Assembly (NCBI GenBank): GCA_047150005.1
Contig: AP038806.1
Span: 1,472,001-1,536,000 of the forward strand
From: Nitrospira sp.
Lineage (GTDB): Bacteria > Nitrospirota > Nitrospiria > Nitrospirales > Nitrospiraceae
DNA length: 64,000 bases
Reading direction: 5' to 3'
The notes beneath the pieces were generated by a model. The model was not told the DNA's origin. It saw nothing but the letters and a program-made list of their open reading frames with translations, and did no database searches. The position numbers and the translations under genes were made by a program. Below, piece by piece: positions 9,035 to 18,139 of this stretch. Each line of letters begins with the position of its first letter. Position 1 is the stretch's first letter.

Positions 9035-12000
9035 ATCGTGCGACCGACATCGAATCGAGACGGATGGAATTGCGCGGGGTCGTTCGCCTCGCCGGAGAAG
9101 TCATCGCGCAATATTGGCCGATGCGGACGTTCGTGCATCACAATCCGCTCCACAGTCTCGAATACCTTCCCTTCGAGGAAACGGTCCGGCGCGGCAAGCA
9201 ATTCATGGGCGGGAACGGCTATCTTCCCGGCGAACTGTATCGCCACTACGTCCGATCGGGACGGATCCGCCCCGAACACCTGGATGAGGCCTTGGGCCCG
9301 CTGACGCAAGATGCCGGTGTCGCGATCGGCGCCCGCACCGTCCCGCACCGCGAGGTGCTGCGCGCCTGTCTGACAGAGGGACTGGGATCGCCCGCCGTCG
9401 AACCTCTCGACAGCCAGTTGCCCGATCCCTCCCATGTTCTGATCGAACGGCTCGCGACTCGCCTGGAGTCCGTGCTCACGTATCCGGACCTCCGGACGCG
9501 GATACGCGCCATCGTGGAGGCCGATGAAGCCGCGTTGGGGCGATGGCTCACCCTGTCGCACTGGTGCGACGATACGTTGGGTACGCGGATCGTCCGCCAG
9601 ATCAACGACCAACTCATTAAATGGTGCGAAGCCTTCCTCGACGAGGGACACGCGACCTGGGCCATGCCCGAACGCGAGAAGGGTCTGTACCAGGCGTGGA
9701 AGACGATTGCCGCGCATGAATGGTCGCCCTGCGGGATTGCCGACAGCGGCCGGAAGATCGCCGCCCTCCCCGATCATCCCGAGGATGCCCTGCTGGAGAG
9801 CCTCGATACACTGGGCATCCCGTCCGACCTCCGTCAGGATTATCTCTCCCTCCAATTGACCGCCCTCCCGGGCTGGGCCGGTTTCATCAAGTGGCGCGGC
9901 GAAGAACGAGATTATCCCTGGCAACAGGCGTATCCGGCCGGGCTCGTGAAGTTCCTGGCCATCCGTCTCTGGTACGCGCGCGAGCTCGTCCAGAAAGCCT
10001 GCCGCACCGAACTCGGTATCGACGGTCGCTACGAGGCGGTGACCGAATACATGCGCAGCCATCCGGAAGAGTACTATTTGCGGAAGCAACGGGTCGCGGG
10101 GCGATTACCGGCCCTGTATGCGGAAGAGGTCGATCGCCTCGCCCACCAGAGAGGCAACGGATGGAAGGCGGTGCTCGATCGCTACCACATCGACGTGGTT
10201 CCCCGACAGGCATCGGCCGCCCGCCGGGGCGCGGCCAGAACGTTGCTGACCCTGACGCAATCGCTGGGTCTCGACCCGGAGCAGCTCGTCGCCACCCCTC
10301 CCGATGCACTGAAACAGCTTGTCCAATGGATTGAGGCCTTTCCGGAGTCCGCTCATGGCCCGGTCTGGCTCAAGGCTTTTGAAGCGGGCTATCAGGAATC
10401 GCTAATTGGGAAACTCGCGCGAAACGCGCGTGAGGGGGAGGCTCCGCTGGCTTCGCCAGCGGAGGGGGCGACGCGAGCCCCTATGATCAGTCGGCCCTAC
10501 TCGCAGTCGGTCTACTGCATCGACGTGCGATCCGAACCGTTCCGCCGGCACTTGGAATCGACCGGCGCGCACGACACCTACGGCTTCGCCGGCTTCTTCG
10601 CCGCGTTCATCCGGTTCCGGGCTTGGGGAAAAGAACACGACACGGAACAGTTCCCCGTCATCATGCGCGCCAAGAACGAGGTGCGGGAGATCCCACGCAG
10701 CTATCTTGATCACAAGGTCTCCACTCATGAGGCCCGGACGAAATGGGTCCATGCCGGCCACACACTGCTCCACGATCTCAAGGAAAACGTGGTCACGCCC
10801 TACGTCATGGTGGAATCGCTGGGATGGGTCTACGCGATTCCCATTTTCAGCAAGACCTTGTGGCCGTCCCTCTACCGTCGATGGACGTCCTGGCTGCGGC
10901 GGCTGTTCGTCCCGTCCATCGCGACGACGCTGACCGTCGGCAAGATGGCCCCCGACGAAACCGCCGAGATGCTGGCGGCGCAGCAGCAAGCCAGGATCAG
11001 GACCGCGCTCGAAGAACATACAGGGCTGCGCAAGTCCCGCATCACGCCCGCGCTCGTCGAGGGCCTGCGGCAACGGGCGCTGAGCGGCGCGGGAGAAGCC
11101 AATCCGGTCCTCCTGGACGCGGCGACACAGGCGGGACTCACCGCGGAAACGTTCGACCGGCTCGTCGGACTCCTGCAGCGGCAGTACGGCATCAGCGCAC
11201 GCTCCGCCTCCCATCAGCGGGAACGGATCACGCGTACCGGGTTCACAACGGATGAACAGGTCCTGACGGTGGACACAGCGTTGCGGATGATGGGTCTGAC
11301 GAAGAATTTCGCAAGGCTGGTGCTGTTTTGCGCGCATAGCAGCACGTCCGACAACAATCCCTATGAATCCGCGCTCGATTGCGGGGCCTGCGGCGGCAAT
11401 GAAGGCAAGCCCAATGCGCGGGTCCTGGCCATGATGGCGAACAATCGGACGGTGCGAGAACGCCTGGCCAAGAACGGCCTCGACATCCCGTCCGACACCC
11501 ATTTCCTGGCCGGCCAGATGGATACCACGACCGACCACGTCACGCTGTTCGACCTGGAAGACGTGCCACCGACCCACCGTGCCGATCTGGCCCGGTTGCA
11601 GGAAGACCTCCAGGAGGCGGCCGAACTGACGAGCCAGGAACGGTGCGCGCGCTTTCCCGACCTCGAGCCGCCGCCTGCGGGACAGCAAGCGGTCGCGCAC
11701 GTGCGAAGGCGCAGCGCGGACTGGAGCCAGGTCCGTCCGGAATGGGGGCTCTCAGGCAATACGGCCATCATCTTCGGTCGCCGGGAGTTGACCAAGGGCC
11801 TCGATCTCGAGGGCCGGGTCTTCCTCCATTCCTACGACTATCGGGAAGATCCGTCCAATCGCCTGCTGGAGGTGCTGCTGACCGCGCCGCAGGTCGTGGC
11901 GCAGTGGATCAACATGGAGCATTATTTTTCCACCACCGACAACGAGGTCTACGGGAGCGGGAGCAAGATTTACCACAATGTCGTCGCGCGACTGGGGATC

Positions 12001-12258
12001 ATGTCGGGACCCTGGAGCGATCTTCGTTTGGGGCTCGCGCGGCAGACCGTCATGGATGGCGACCTGCCCTACCACGAGCCGATGCGGCTGCTGACCATCG
12101 TCGAGGCGCCGCGCGGACGCATCGACAAACTGATCGGACGGCACGAGGTGCTGCAGCACTTCTACCGCAATGAATGGGTCCATCTCGTCGCGCTCGATCC
12201 CGAGGATGCGGTATGGTATCGGTATCGCCCCACGGGGGCATGGTATGCGATCGAATAG
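9022..12258 (+). CDS. dabA: DabA (DUF2309/UPF0753) beta-carbonic-anhydrase-like inorganic carbon transporter subunit
   Basis: WPMRTFVHHNPL, LPGWAG, Zn-ligand motifs CIDVRSE, AHSS and DCGACGG, DWSQVRPEWGL, FLHSYD, HEPMRL; GTG 9022 with GGAGA. Confidence 0.92.
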   Translation: MESVDRATDIESRRMELRGVVRLAGEVIAQYWPMRTFVHHNPLHSLEYLPFEETVRRGKQFMGGNGYLPGELYRHYVRSGRIRPEHLDEALGPLTQDAGVAIGARTVPHREVLRACLTEGLGSPAVEPLDSQLPDPSHVLIERLATRLESVLTYPDLRTRIRAIVEADEAALGRWLTLSHWCDDTLGTRIVRQINDQLIKWCEAFLDEGHATWAMPEREKGLYQAWKTIAAHEWSPCGIADSGRKIAALPDHPEDALLESLDTLGIPSDLRQDYLSLQLTALPGWAGFIKWRGEERDYPWQQAYPAGLVKFLAIRLWYARELVQKACRTELGIDGRYEAVTEYMRSHPEEYYLRKQRVAGRLPALYAEEVDRLAHQRGNGWKAVLDRYHIDVVPRQASAARRGAARTLLTLTQSLGLDPEQLVATPPDALKQLVQWIEAFPESAHGPVWLKAFEAGYQESLIGKLARNAREGEAPLASPAEGATRAPMISRPYSQSVYCIDVRSEPFRRHLESTGAHDTYGFAGFFAAFIRFRAWGKEHDTEQFPVIMRAKNEVREIPRSYLDHKVSTHEARTKWVHAGHTLLHDLKENVVTPYVMVESLGWVYAIPIFSKTLWPSLYRRWTSWLRRLFVPSIATTLTVGKMAPDETAEMLAAQQQARIRTALEEHTGLRKSRITPALVEGLRQRALSGAGEANPVLLDAATQAGLTAETFDRLVGLLQRQYGISARSASHQRERITRTGFTTDEQVLTVDTALRMMGLTKNFARLVLFCAHSSTSDNNPYESALDCGACGGNEGKPNARVLAMMANNRTVRERLAKNGLDIPSDTHFLAGQMDTTTDHVTLFDLEDVPPTHRADLARLQEDLQEAAELTSQERCARFPDLEPPPAGQQAVAHVRRRSADWSQVRPEWGLSGNTAIIFGRRELTKGLDLEGRVFLHSYDYREDPSNRLLEVLLTAPQVVAQWINMEHYFSTTDNEVYGSGSKIYHNVVARLGIMSGPWSDLRLGLARQTVMDGDLPYHEPMRLLTIVEAPRGRIDKLIGRHEVLQHFYRNEWVHLVALDPEDAVWYRYRPTGAWYAIE

Positions 12259-12312
12259 GGAAGAAACTATAGCCGTAACCTTCTGAATGAAGGCCGGGAA
12301 AGGAGACGTAAG

Positions 12313-12654
12313 ATGGGCGGGCTAGTCCTGCATCCGATGAAGGAAATTCGTGTGATCGTCGCCGGGGACCATCGGGCTTTCGTGACGGAATTGCTCGACC
12401 GTGTCAATGCAACCGGCTATACCATCATCGGCAACGTGTCGGGCAAGGGCCATCATGGGGTGCGTGAAGCGCACTTCATGTTCAGCGAGCAGGAAAGTCT
12501 GGAGATGATCATGACGGTGGTGCCCGAAGACAAGGTCGAGCCGATTCTGGCCGGCCTCAGGCCGTTGTTCGAACGGCACTCCGGCGTCATGTTCGTGGCC
12601 GACGTGGCGGTCAGCCGGCAGGAGTACTTCGGCAAGAAGAACAAAAGTTCCTGA
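12313..12654 (+). CDS. PII-like (SbtB-type) regulatory protein
   Basis: GYTII.NVSGKGHHG T-loop region; 113 aa; follows dabA. Confidence 0.8.
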   Translation: MGGLVLHPMKEIRVIVAGDHRAFVTELLDRVNATGYTIIGNVSGKGHHGVREAHFMFSEQESLEMIMTVVPEDKVEPILAGLRPLFERHSGVMFVADVAVSRQEYFGKKNKSS

Positions 12655-12737
12655 CCGGTCGCCGCCTCCGTTCCGGCCTTGTCTTTCCCGTGACGGATTG
12701 TCTAGAATGGCGGTCCGTCCACGGTCAGGAGTCTATC

Positions 12738-13007
12738 GTGAAGGGTTTGCGGTTCGAACGAATCGGGCAAGGGCGTTATTACAACGTCGTGTTCCACCTG
12801 GGCAGTACGTATGTCCCGGTCAGCGACGAGACCATCGACGAACTCAAGGCCCAAAGTCTGCTTCCTGCCGAGCGGTTTCTCGACCTGCTGCTCGACCGCG
12901 TCGGCTATTCCTCCTACCTCAAGGATCAGATCCGGACTGAACTCAAGAGCTCCGGCGATCCGGTGACGCAGATTACGGTCCTCCAGGGCGCCATCCGCGA
13001 ACTGTAG
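12738..13007 (+). CDS. Small conserved hypothetical protein
   Basis: AGGAG RBS then GTG 12738; host-like codon usage; MKGLRFERIGQGRYYNVVFHLG... Confidence 0.7.
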   Translation: MKGLRFERIGQGRYYNVVFHLGSTYVPVSDETIDELKAQSLLPAERFLDLLLDRVGYSSYLKDQIRTELKSSGDPVTQITVLQGAIREL

Positions 13008-13008
13008 T

Positions 13009-13129
13009 CAAGCGTTGAAAAACGCCGCTCGCTTTGTTCTCGCTTCACTCAAAGGCTCAACGTATCAGCAAACATACGCCTCGCCTTCTCGCTCGCTGCG
13101 GCCTCGCTGGCGACGCTTTTGAACGCCTG
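13009..13129. repeat. About 120-bp MITE/REP-like interspersed element with terminal inverted repeats
   Basis: Left end CAAGCGTTGAAAAACG vs reverse complement of right end CAGGCGTTCAAAAGCG (13/16); non-coding; resembles a repeat I recall from Nitrospira genomes. Confidence 0.65.
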
Positions 13130-13189
13130 CGAAGCAGGAGGGTAAGGTCGGCTCAATTGTCAAATTGTTCTCATTCGAATGGTTTCATA

Positions 13190-13218
13190 TTGACTTACCT
13201 AGGTTAGTAGAGTAAGTT
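13190..13218 (+). promoter_or_regulatory. Sigma70 promoter with palindromic operator, upstream of the RHH-MTase operon
   Basis: TTGACT-17 nt-TAAGTT; near-perfect palindrome ACTTACCTAGGTTAGT at 13193-13208; ATG 8 nt after the -10. Confidence 0.65.
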
Positions 13219-13226
13219 TTCTGACC

Positions 13227-13439
13227 ATGACGTTTCCCAATGACCGCAAGCGCCGAAAGACATTCCCTCTTGAAATGGACGACGAACTGCACAAGGCCCT
13301 AAAGTATAAAGCCATCGAATCCGATCAGACTCTTCACGCGTATATAATTCAAACGCTTCTGTCGAAGGTGCGAGAAGAGCCAGCCCAATATGTTCCGTCC
13401 AGCCGACAAGCTGTGAATCGTGGTGGGAGAAAAAAATGA
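13227..13439 (+). CDS. Ribbon-helix-helix (CopG-like) DNA-binding protein, putative R-M controller
   Basis: KTFPLEMDDELHKALKYKAIESDQTLHAYIIQTL fits the RHH pattern; ATGA overlap with the MTase. Confidence 0.7.
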   Translation: MTFPNDRKRRKTFPLEMDDELHKALKYKAIESDQTLHAYIIQTLLSKVREEPAQYVPSSRQAVNRGGRKK

Positions 13440-14326
13440 GCGCGCCGTACGTCAATGGCACGTCAGTGTGGCCTCTTAGGTGCTCGGACAATGAACCGGT
13501 TCAAATTGTCAGTGGCGATGTTAGGGATAAGTTGTCAGCTTTGCCTGATGATACAGTCCATTGTTGTGTCACATCTCCGCCCTATTGGGGGATGCGGGAT
13601 TATGGATATCGCGGCCAAATTGGAGCTGAAAGTACCGTAGAAGAATACATTGCCGACTTGGTCGATTGTTTTAGGGAAGTGCGCCGCGTGCTAAGGCCTG
13701 ATGGTACGTTTTGGCTTAACATCGGAAACACTTATACATCGGGGGGGCGGGGGTGGCGTGATAAGGACGTGAAGAATCAAGGACGGGCCATGTCATATCG
13801 TCCCGATACGCCAAAAGGGCTGAAGCCTAAGGACCTAATCGGAGTGGCCTGGATGCTTGCAATGTCTCTTCAGCGCGATGGCTGGTACCTTCGCTCTGAT
13901 ATCATTTGGCACAAGCCGAACTGTCAGCCAGAATCAGTCAAAGATCGAGTAACTGTCTCGCATGAATATCTGTTTATGTTTTCGAAGAGCGAGAATTACT
14001 ACTTCGACCAGGATGCCATAAAGGAACCTACAGCCGACGGGAAAGGACGGAAAAATAAGCGGACGGTTTGGCAGATCAACACCGAAGCGTGTAAGGAAGC
14101 TCACTTTGCTGTCTTCCCACGTGCGCTGGTCCGCCCATGCATTCTGGCAGGATCTCCCAAGGGGGGCGTAGTGCTTGACCCGTTCTTAGGCAGCGGGACC
14201 GTGGGAATAGTCGCACTTGAAACGGGTCGCAAATGTATAGGAATTGAGGTGAAAAGTGCTTATATAAATATCGCAAAAGAAAGGCTGCAAGGCATCGCGC
14301 CAGCGCTCTTTACAGATTTGTTGTAG
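13436..14326 (+). CDS. N4-cytosine DNA methyltransferase, beta class, M.SmaI/M.Cfr9I-like (predicted CCCGGG)
   Basis: TSPPYW (motif IV) before DPFLGSGT (motif I); YTSGGRGWRDKD.KN.GRAMSYRP.TP.GLKPKDLIG matches my recollection of M.SmaI. Confidence 0.88.
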   Translation: MSAPYVNGTSVWPLRCSDNEPVQIVSGDVRDKLSALPDDTVHCCVTSPPYWGMRDYGYRGQIGAESTVEEYIADLVDCFREVRRVLRPDGTFWLNIGNTYTSGGRGWRDKDVKNQGRAMSYRPDTPKGLKPKDLIGVAWMLAMSLQRDGWYLRSDIIWHKPNCQPESVKDRVTVSHEYLFMFSKSENYYFDQDAIKEPTADGKGRKNKRTVWQINTEACKEAHFAVFPRALVRPCILAGSPKGGVVLDPFLGSGTVGIVALETGRKCIGIEVKSAYINIAKERLQGIAPALFTDLL

Positions 14327-15080
14327 GTTGATCGAACTTCCATGACGCGTGAAATACACACAGATCCTTGCCCAAGGCTTTGATCTGTAATTTTCTTTCG
14401 CCCCCTCCATCAAAATACAATGCGAATAGAATCTTTCCTTTCTCCTCTACATAGCAGTATCCTGGTTTCGGATACTGACTGCTATCTTTCACCATTTCAC
14501 ATCGGCCATTAACAACCTTTTCGAGAAGTGCCTTGGGAACCTCGATCAGCTCGTAAAGCCAATCGGGCGTTCCTTTTCTTAGTGCACGTAGAATAAGGAT
14601 TCTATTGATTCGGCTCAAAACAGTAAGAAACTGATCCCTCAACCCAATCAGGTCCGCCGGATCGTCTCCCCATTGCCCACCGCCTAGTTCCATAAACTTT
14701 GAGATGTGAATAGTGTCTAAACGAATGGCCTTGGCCGCTTCTGTCTTGAGCGAAAAATGTTCTCCCCCGATACATATGTCGTAGCCCCGCTGCCCACGTG
14801 CTGCCAGATTTGCATTGATACCAGCTGTTTTGAGCACATTTTCCAGAGCGTACTCAAACTTGTCCTTGGAGAATGGCTCGCGAGAAAAGCAATGATGAAG
14901 ACGCAGCACATCGCCGAAATCTTCTAATACACGCTCAGAGATAAGACCCAAACCTTCGCTTTTCCTATACTCTTTGGGAAGAGAAAAGACGCTGACGATG
15001 AGATCAATTAGCTGCAGCCTGTAGTCTGAGAGTTCCTGGATGGCAGTGATTAGTCGCGCTAGTCGCTCCTGTCGGCTCAT
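14310..15080 (-). CDS. Type II restriction endonuclease, SmaI-like
   Basis: GYDI...SLKTEAAK...HISKFMELG...PKPGY...LYFDGGGERKLQIK matches my recollection of R.SmaI; convergent with the MTase; lower GC. Confidence 0.82.
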   Translation of the reverse strand: MSRQERLARLITAIQELSDYRLQLIDLIVSVFSLPKEYRKSEGLGLISERVLEDFGDVLRLHHCFSREPFSKDKFEYALENVLKTAGINANLAARGQRGYDICIGGEHFSLKTEAAKAIRLDTIHISKFMELGGGQWGDDPADLIGLRDQFLTVLSRINRILILRALRKGTPDWLYELIEVPKALLEKVVNGRCEMVKDSSQYPKPGYCYVEEKGKILFALYFDGGGERKLQIKALGKDLCVFHASWKFDQPTTNL

Positions 15081-15187
15081 AGGTTAACGGAATCTCCAAA
15101 GGTCAAATGTCCTTCCGCCGTGCAGGACCACCATTCGGTCAGGAATTCCGTTCTTCTTCTCTGTAGATTCGTATCGGTCACGATCAT
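15077..15187 (-). pseudogene. Truncated VapC/PIN toxin remnant (36-aa ORF)
   Basis: Begins MIVTDTNL (PIN-domain N-terminus) with an ATGA overlap on the antitoxin stop; its own stop overlaps the REase start. Confidence 0.65.
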
Positions 15188-15423
15188 GACCGGCGGGCCG
15201 CCTTGAGTCCGTCGAGGATGCGATCGGTCAGTTTTATTCTTGGGGTCCGGCGAATGGCCCGCGCCCGCCCCAGCAATGCTTCCGTATCGACAGGAATACT
15301 ATGCGTCATCTGTTCGAGATAAGAGATGACCTGAGAATTCAAACTCCGTCTGTGGACGGCTGCTTGTTGCCTGAGTCTTTTGACCAACGGCTCCGGAATA
15401 TTCTTGATCGTTAAGGTGGTCAC
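15184..15423 (-). CDS. FitA/VapB-like Arc-family antitoxin
   Basis: MTTLTIKNIPEPLVKRLRQQAAVHRRSLNSQV is a typical FitA/Arc RHH N-terminus. Confidence 0.8.
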   Translation of the reverse strand: MTTLTIKNIPEPLVKRLRQQAAVHRRSLNSQVISYLEQMTHSIPVDTEALLGRARAIRRTPRIKLTDRILDGLKAARRS

Positions 15424-15436
15424 GGCGGAATCTTTG

Positions 15437-16474
15437 CTAGTCCCCGACCCGCCCTTCCTGAAACAGCTGGTTCATGATGGCGTTCTTCATGTCGGGGTCT
15501 TTGTAGTACTTGAGCGCCTTGGTGTAATTGTCCATCGCGCTTTCCGGCTTGCGCCGCTGCGCATAGTACTCGGCGATGCCGTGATAGGCGCGGGCGTCCT
15601 GCTCGTTGGCTTTGAGGCCGCGGTTGAAGGCTTCGTAGGCGTCCTGCAAGTGCCCCTTCCGCAGTGAGATCCATCCGAGCGCCGTATGTGCCGGTCCGAA
15701 GTCGGGATTCGACCGGAGTGCCTCTGCATACTCCTTCTGCGCCAGGTCCATCCGGTTCCGTGTTTCATACAAGCTGCCGAGCGCAAACCGCACTTCTGCG
15801 TCGTGCGGATTCAGCCGGAGCGCCTCCTTGTAGGCCTGCACGGCCGCCTCCTGTTTGCCCTGCTCCACCAAGGCACAGGCCAGATTCGCATGGGCCACGC
15901 TGTCGCTCGGGTCGAGTTTGATCACTTCCCGATACTGCGGGATCGCCATTTCCAGCCGGCCTTGCTCCTGATAGGCCACGCCCAAATTGGTCCGAGCCGG
16001 CGCGTAGCCGGGATCGAGCCGTACGGCCTCCCGATATTCTTTGATCGCCATATCCGGACGGTCGGCCCGTTCGTGGATCTGCGCCAGAAAGTAGTGCGGA
16101 TAGGCGGACGCCGGAGCCAGCTTCGAGGCCTCCTTGTAACTCTGCTGTGATCGCTCCGATTGGCCCGACTGCGCCAGGAACAGACCCATGATGAGATGGG
16201 CGGAGGCCTGGTCGCCATGCACCGCGACGAGGTCCTCCGTCCACTGTTTGATCCGCGCGATGTCCTCCTCCTCCTGGAGACAGTGTGCGTGGCTCGTCCA
16301 GGCCTCGGCGAATCGCCCTTTGAGAAGATGGGTGACGTTCAGCACGAAATGCGGGCGGGGGTCCCGCGGATCGCCGGCCTGGGGATGGCGGGCCCAGGTC
16401 AGCGCCGCCTGGGCGCCCCGCTCCCAGTCGCCCTCCAGGAGGGCGGTTTCGCATGCTGTTCGGTGGTCGCTCAT
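15437..16474 (-). CDS. Tetratricopeptide repeat protein
   Basis: Repeated 34-aa units (e.g. ARTNLGVAYQEQGRLEMAIPQYREVIKLDP). Confidence 0.9.
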   Translation of the reverse strand: MSDHRTACETALLEGDWERGAQAALTWARHPQAGDPRDPRPHFVLNVTHLLKGRFAEAWTSHAHCLQEEEDIARIKQWTEDLVAVHGDQASAHLIMGLFLAQSGQSERSQQSYKEASKLAPASAYPHYFLAQIHERADRPDMAIKEYREAVRLDPGYAPARTNLGVAYQEQGRLEMAIPQYREVIKLDPSDSVAHANLACALVEQGKQEAAVQAYKEALRLNPHDAEVRFALGSLYETRNRMDLAQKEYAEALRSNPDFGPAHTALGWISLRKGHLQDAYEAFNRGLKANEQDARAYHGIAEYYAQRRKPESAMDNYTKALKYYKDPDMKNAIMNQLFQEGRVGD

Positions 16475-16493
16475 GACGAGAAGAACCGGCCGG

Positions 16494-17981
16494 CTATCTG
16501 GTCAAGGTATCTTCGTCATCCGGCGAGGTCGCCTGCATGTGCCGGCCGAGGGATGGGTAGCGCTCCGCCACCTTCTCCTTGATCAGCCAGGCGACGGACC
16601 GGTAGGACCAGTGTCCCTTCACGCCGGAGCGCAGCTTGGCGATGTACTCGGCCTCGGCAAAATCCATCTTGAACAGACAGCGGACCTTGAATCCGAACGG
16701 AATGGCGTAGAGGGCGGCTTCCCCGTTGAGTTTCTTGAGCTGCTCGATGTCCGCCTGCACGGCGTCCATCGCTTGCTTGTATTCTCTATCGAGACCGGCC
16801 TGCACGAGCGGTCGGGGTATGTCGTACCCGTGTCGGGTCGTGAAGTTCTGTTGGATCTGCTGGCATCGCCGATGCCGATGAAGATCGCGCCACCCACCGA
16901 TGTCCATGAGAATATCGAACGTGAACGGATAGCCGCTGCGGAATTCCCTGATGAGTTCGTCATAGGGGCCCCGTCTGCTTAGCGCAACTTCGATTGTTTC
17001 CTGCTTCTGCTTCTCGGTCCAGTCGCGGACGACGGCCAGGACGTTTCGATAGGGAGCTTGGGACACGCGGTAGAGGAGCGTCGCCACCACTTCGTCGCAG
17101 GGGTCGTGCGGTTCGATCAGCTCGACCGGCTGCTGGCTGCCCCACGTGGCGGCCTCGTCGAGCCCCGTTCCGCGGAGAGCCTCTTTCGCATACCGCGCAA
17201 GGTCCGTGTAGACGGTCCCTTGATACTCGTTGGCCTTGGCGTGGCGCGCCAGCGTGGGGGCCAGCGATTCGTGCGCGCCGGTCGATTGCCCGTTCAGCTC
17301 GCCCCAGACGTTCATCGGAGGCCGCTGGCAGGCGTCCTTCAGATCTTCACCGATCATGCGGAGCTCCGGCAGCTGGGACGACAGGAGCCGGGTGATCTGC
17401 TTCTCCAGCGTCCTGATACTGACCACCTGGCCGACGTTGGTGCGGGACGCCAGCGGCAACAGATAGCGCGTGACGTCGAAGGCCCTGGCGGCGATCGTGC
17501 GCTGGTAGTCGCCGGGCTTCATGGATTCCGGGCGCGGATCGCGCTCCGACAAAAATTCCACCAGCGGGCCGTGCAAGAGGCGGTAGATTTCCCCCAGGCT
17601 CCGGAGAATGCCCTGGTAGGTTCCTTCCGTTTCACTGCCGTGGATCGCGTCTGGTACATACCACCCGCTCGAGGCAAAGTTTTGATACCGGCTCGATTTC
17701 GCCTGCCCGTCCCACACCGGTTCGTCTTCCAGGCGGATCGCCGCCAATTCAGTGATCTCCTCGAAGCAGACAATCACGTGACCGAGGTCGGCGATGGAAG
17801 CGTGGCCGTAATCGAAGTAGAACTGTTCCCAGAACTTTTCAGAGGAATGTCCGTGGACCCATTTGATGCTGTTCTCGATGGAATCGGGAGACCGGCTGTA
17901 CCGGGCCAAGGCATAGGCGGACTTTTCAGGCGGCATCGGGGCCACGGCGATCACGCGACGGCTTGGACGGTCTACGCTCAT
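16494..17981 (-). CDS. thyX: FAD-dependent thymidylate synthase (two-domain ThyX type)
   Basis: ARYSRS, YGHASIADL, KSSRYQ, FDVTRYLLP and RDLHRHR motifs; start taken at ATG 17981. Confidence 0.8.
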   Translation of the reverse strand: MSVDRPSRRVIAVAPMPPEKSAYALARYSRSPDSIENSIKWVHGHSSEKFWEQFYFDYGHASIADLGHVIVCFEEITELAAIRLEDEPVWDGQAKSSRYQNFASSGWYVPDAIHGSETEGTYQGILRSLGEIYRLLHGPLVEFLSERDPRPESMKPGDYQRTIAARAFDVTRYLLPLASRTNVGQVVSIRTLEKQITRLLSSQLPELRMIGEDLKDACQRPPMNVWGELNGQSTGAHESLAPTLARHAKANEYQGTVYTDLARYAKEALRGTGLDEAATWGSQQPVELIEPHDPCDEVVATLLYRVSQAPYRNVLAVVRDWTEKQKQETIEVALSRRGPYDELIREFRSGYPFTFDILMDIGGWRDLHRHRRCQQIQQNFTTRHGYDIPRPLVQAGLDREYKQAMDAVQADIEQLKKLNGEAALYAIPFGFKVRCLFKMDFAEAEYIAKLRSGVKGHWSYRSVAWLIKEKVAERYPSLGRHMQATSPDDEDTLTR

Positions 17982-18139
17982 GCGACGCTCCGGTTCAGGG
18001 AGAGACGGGAGTGGAAGGAGGCCACTATAGCGCTCCGCGTCCGCCGCGTGCAAGCGCGGCGTCGTCCGCCTGCGCGTTGACTTGGCCGCGAGGCCGTCGC
18101 TATAGTCCGCTCGCATCGGCGAGACGTGCGAGCTTGCTC

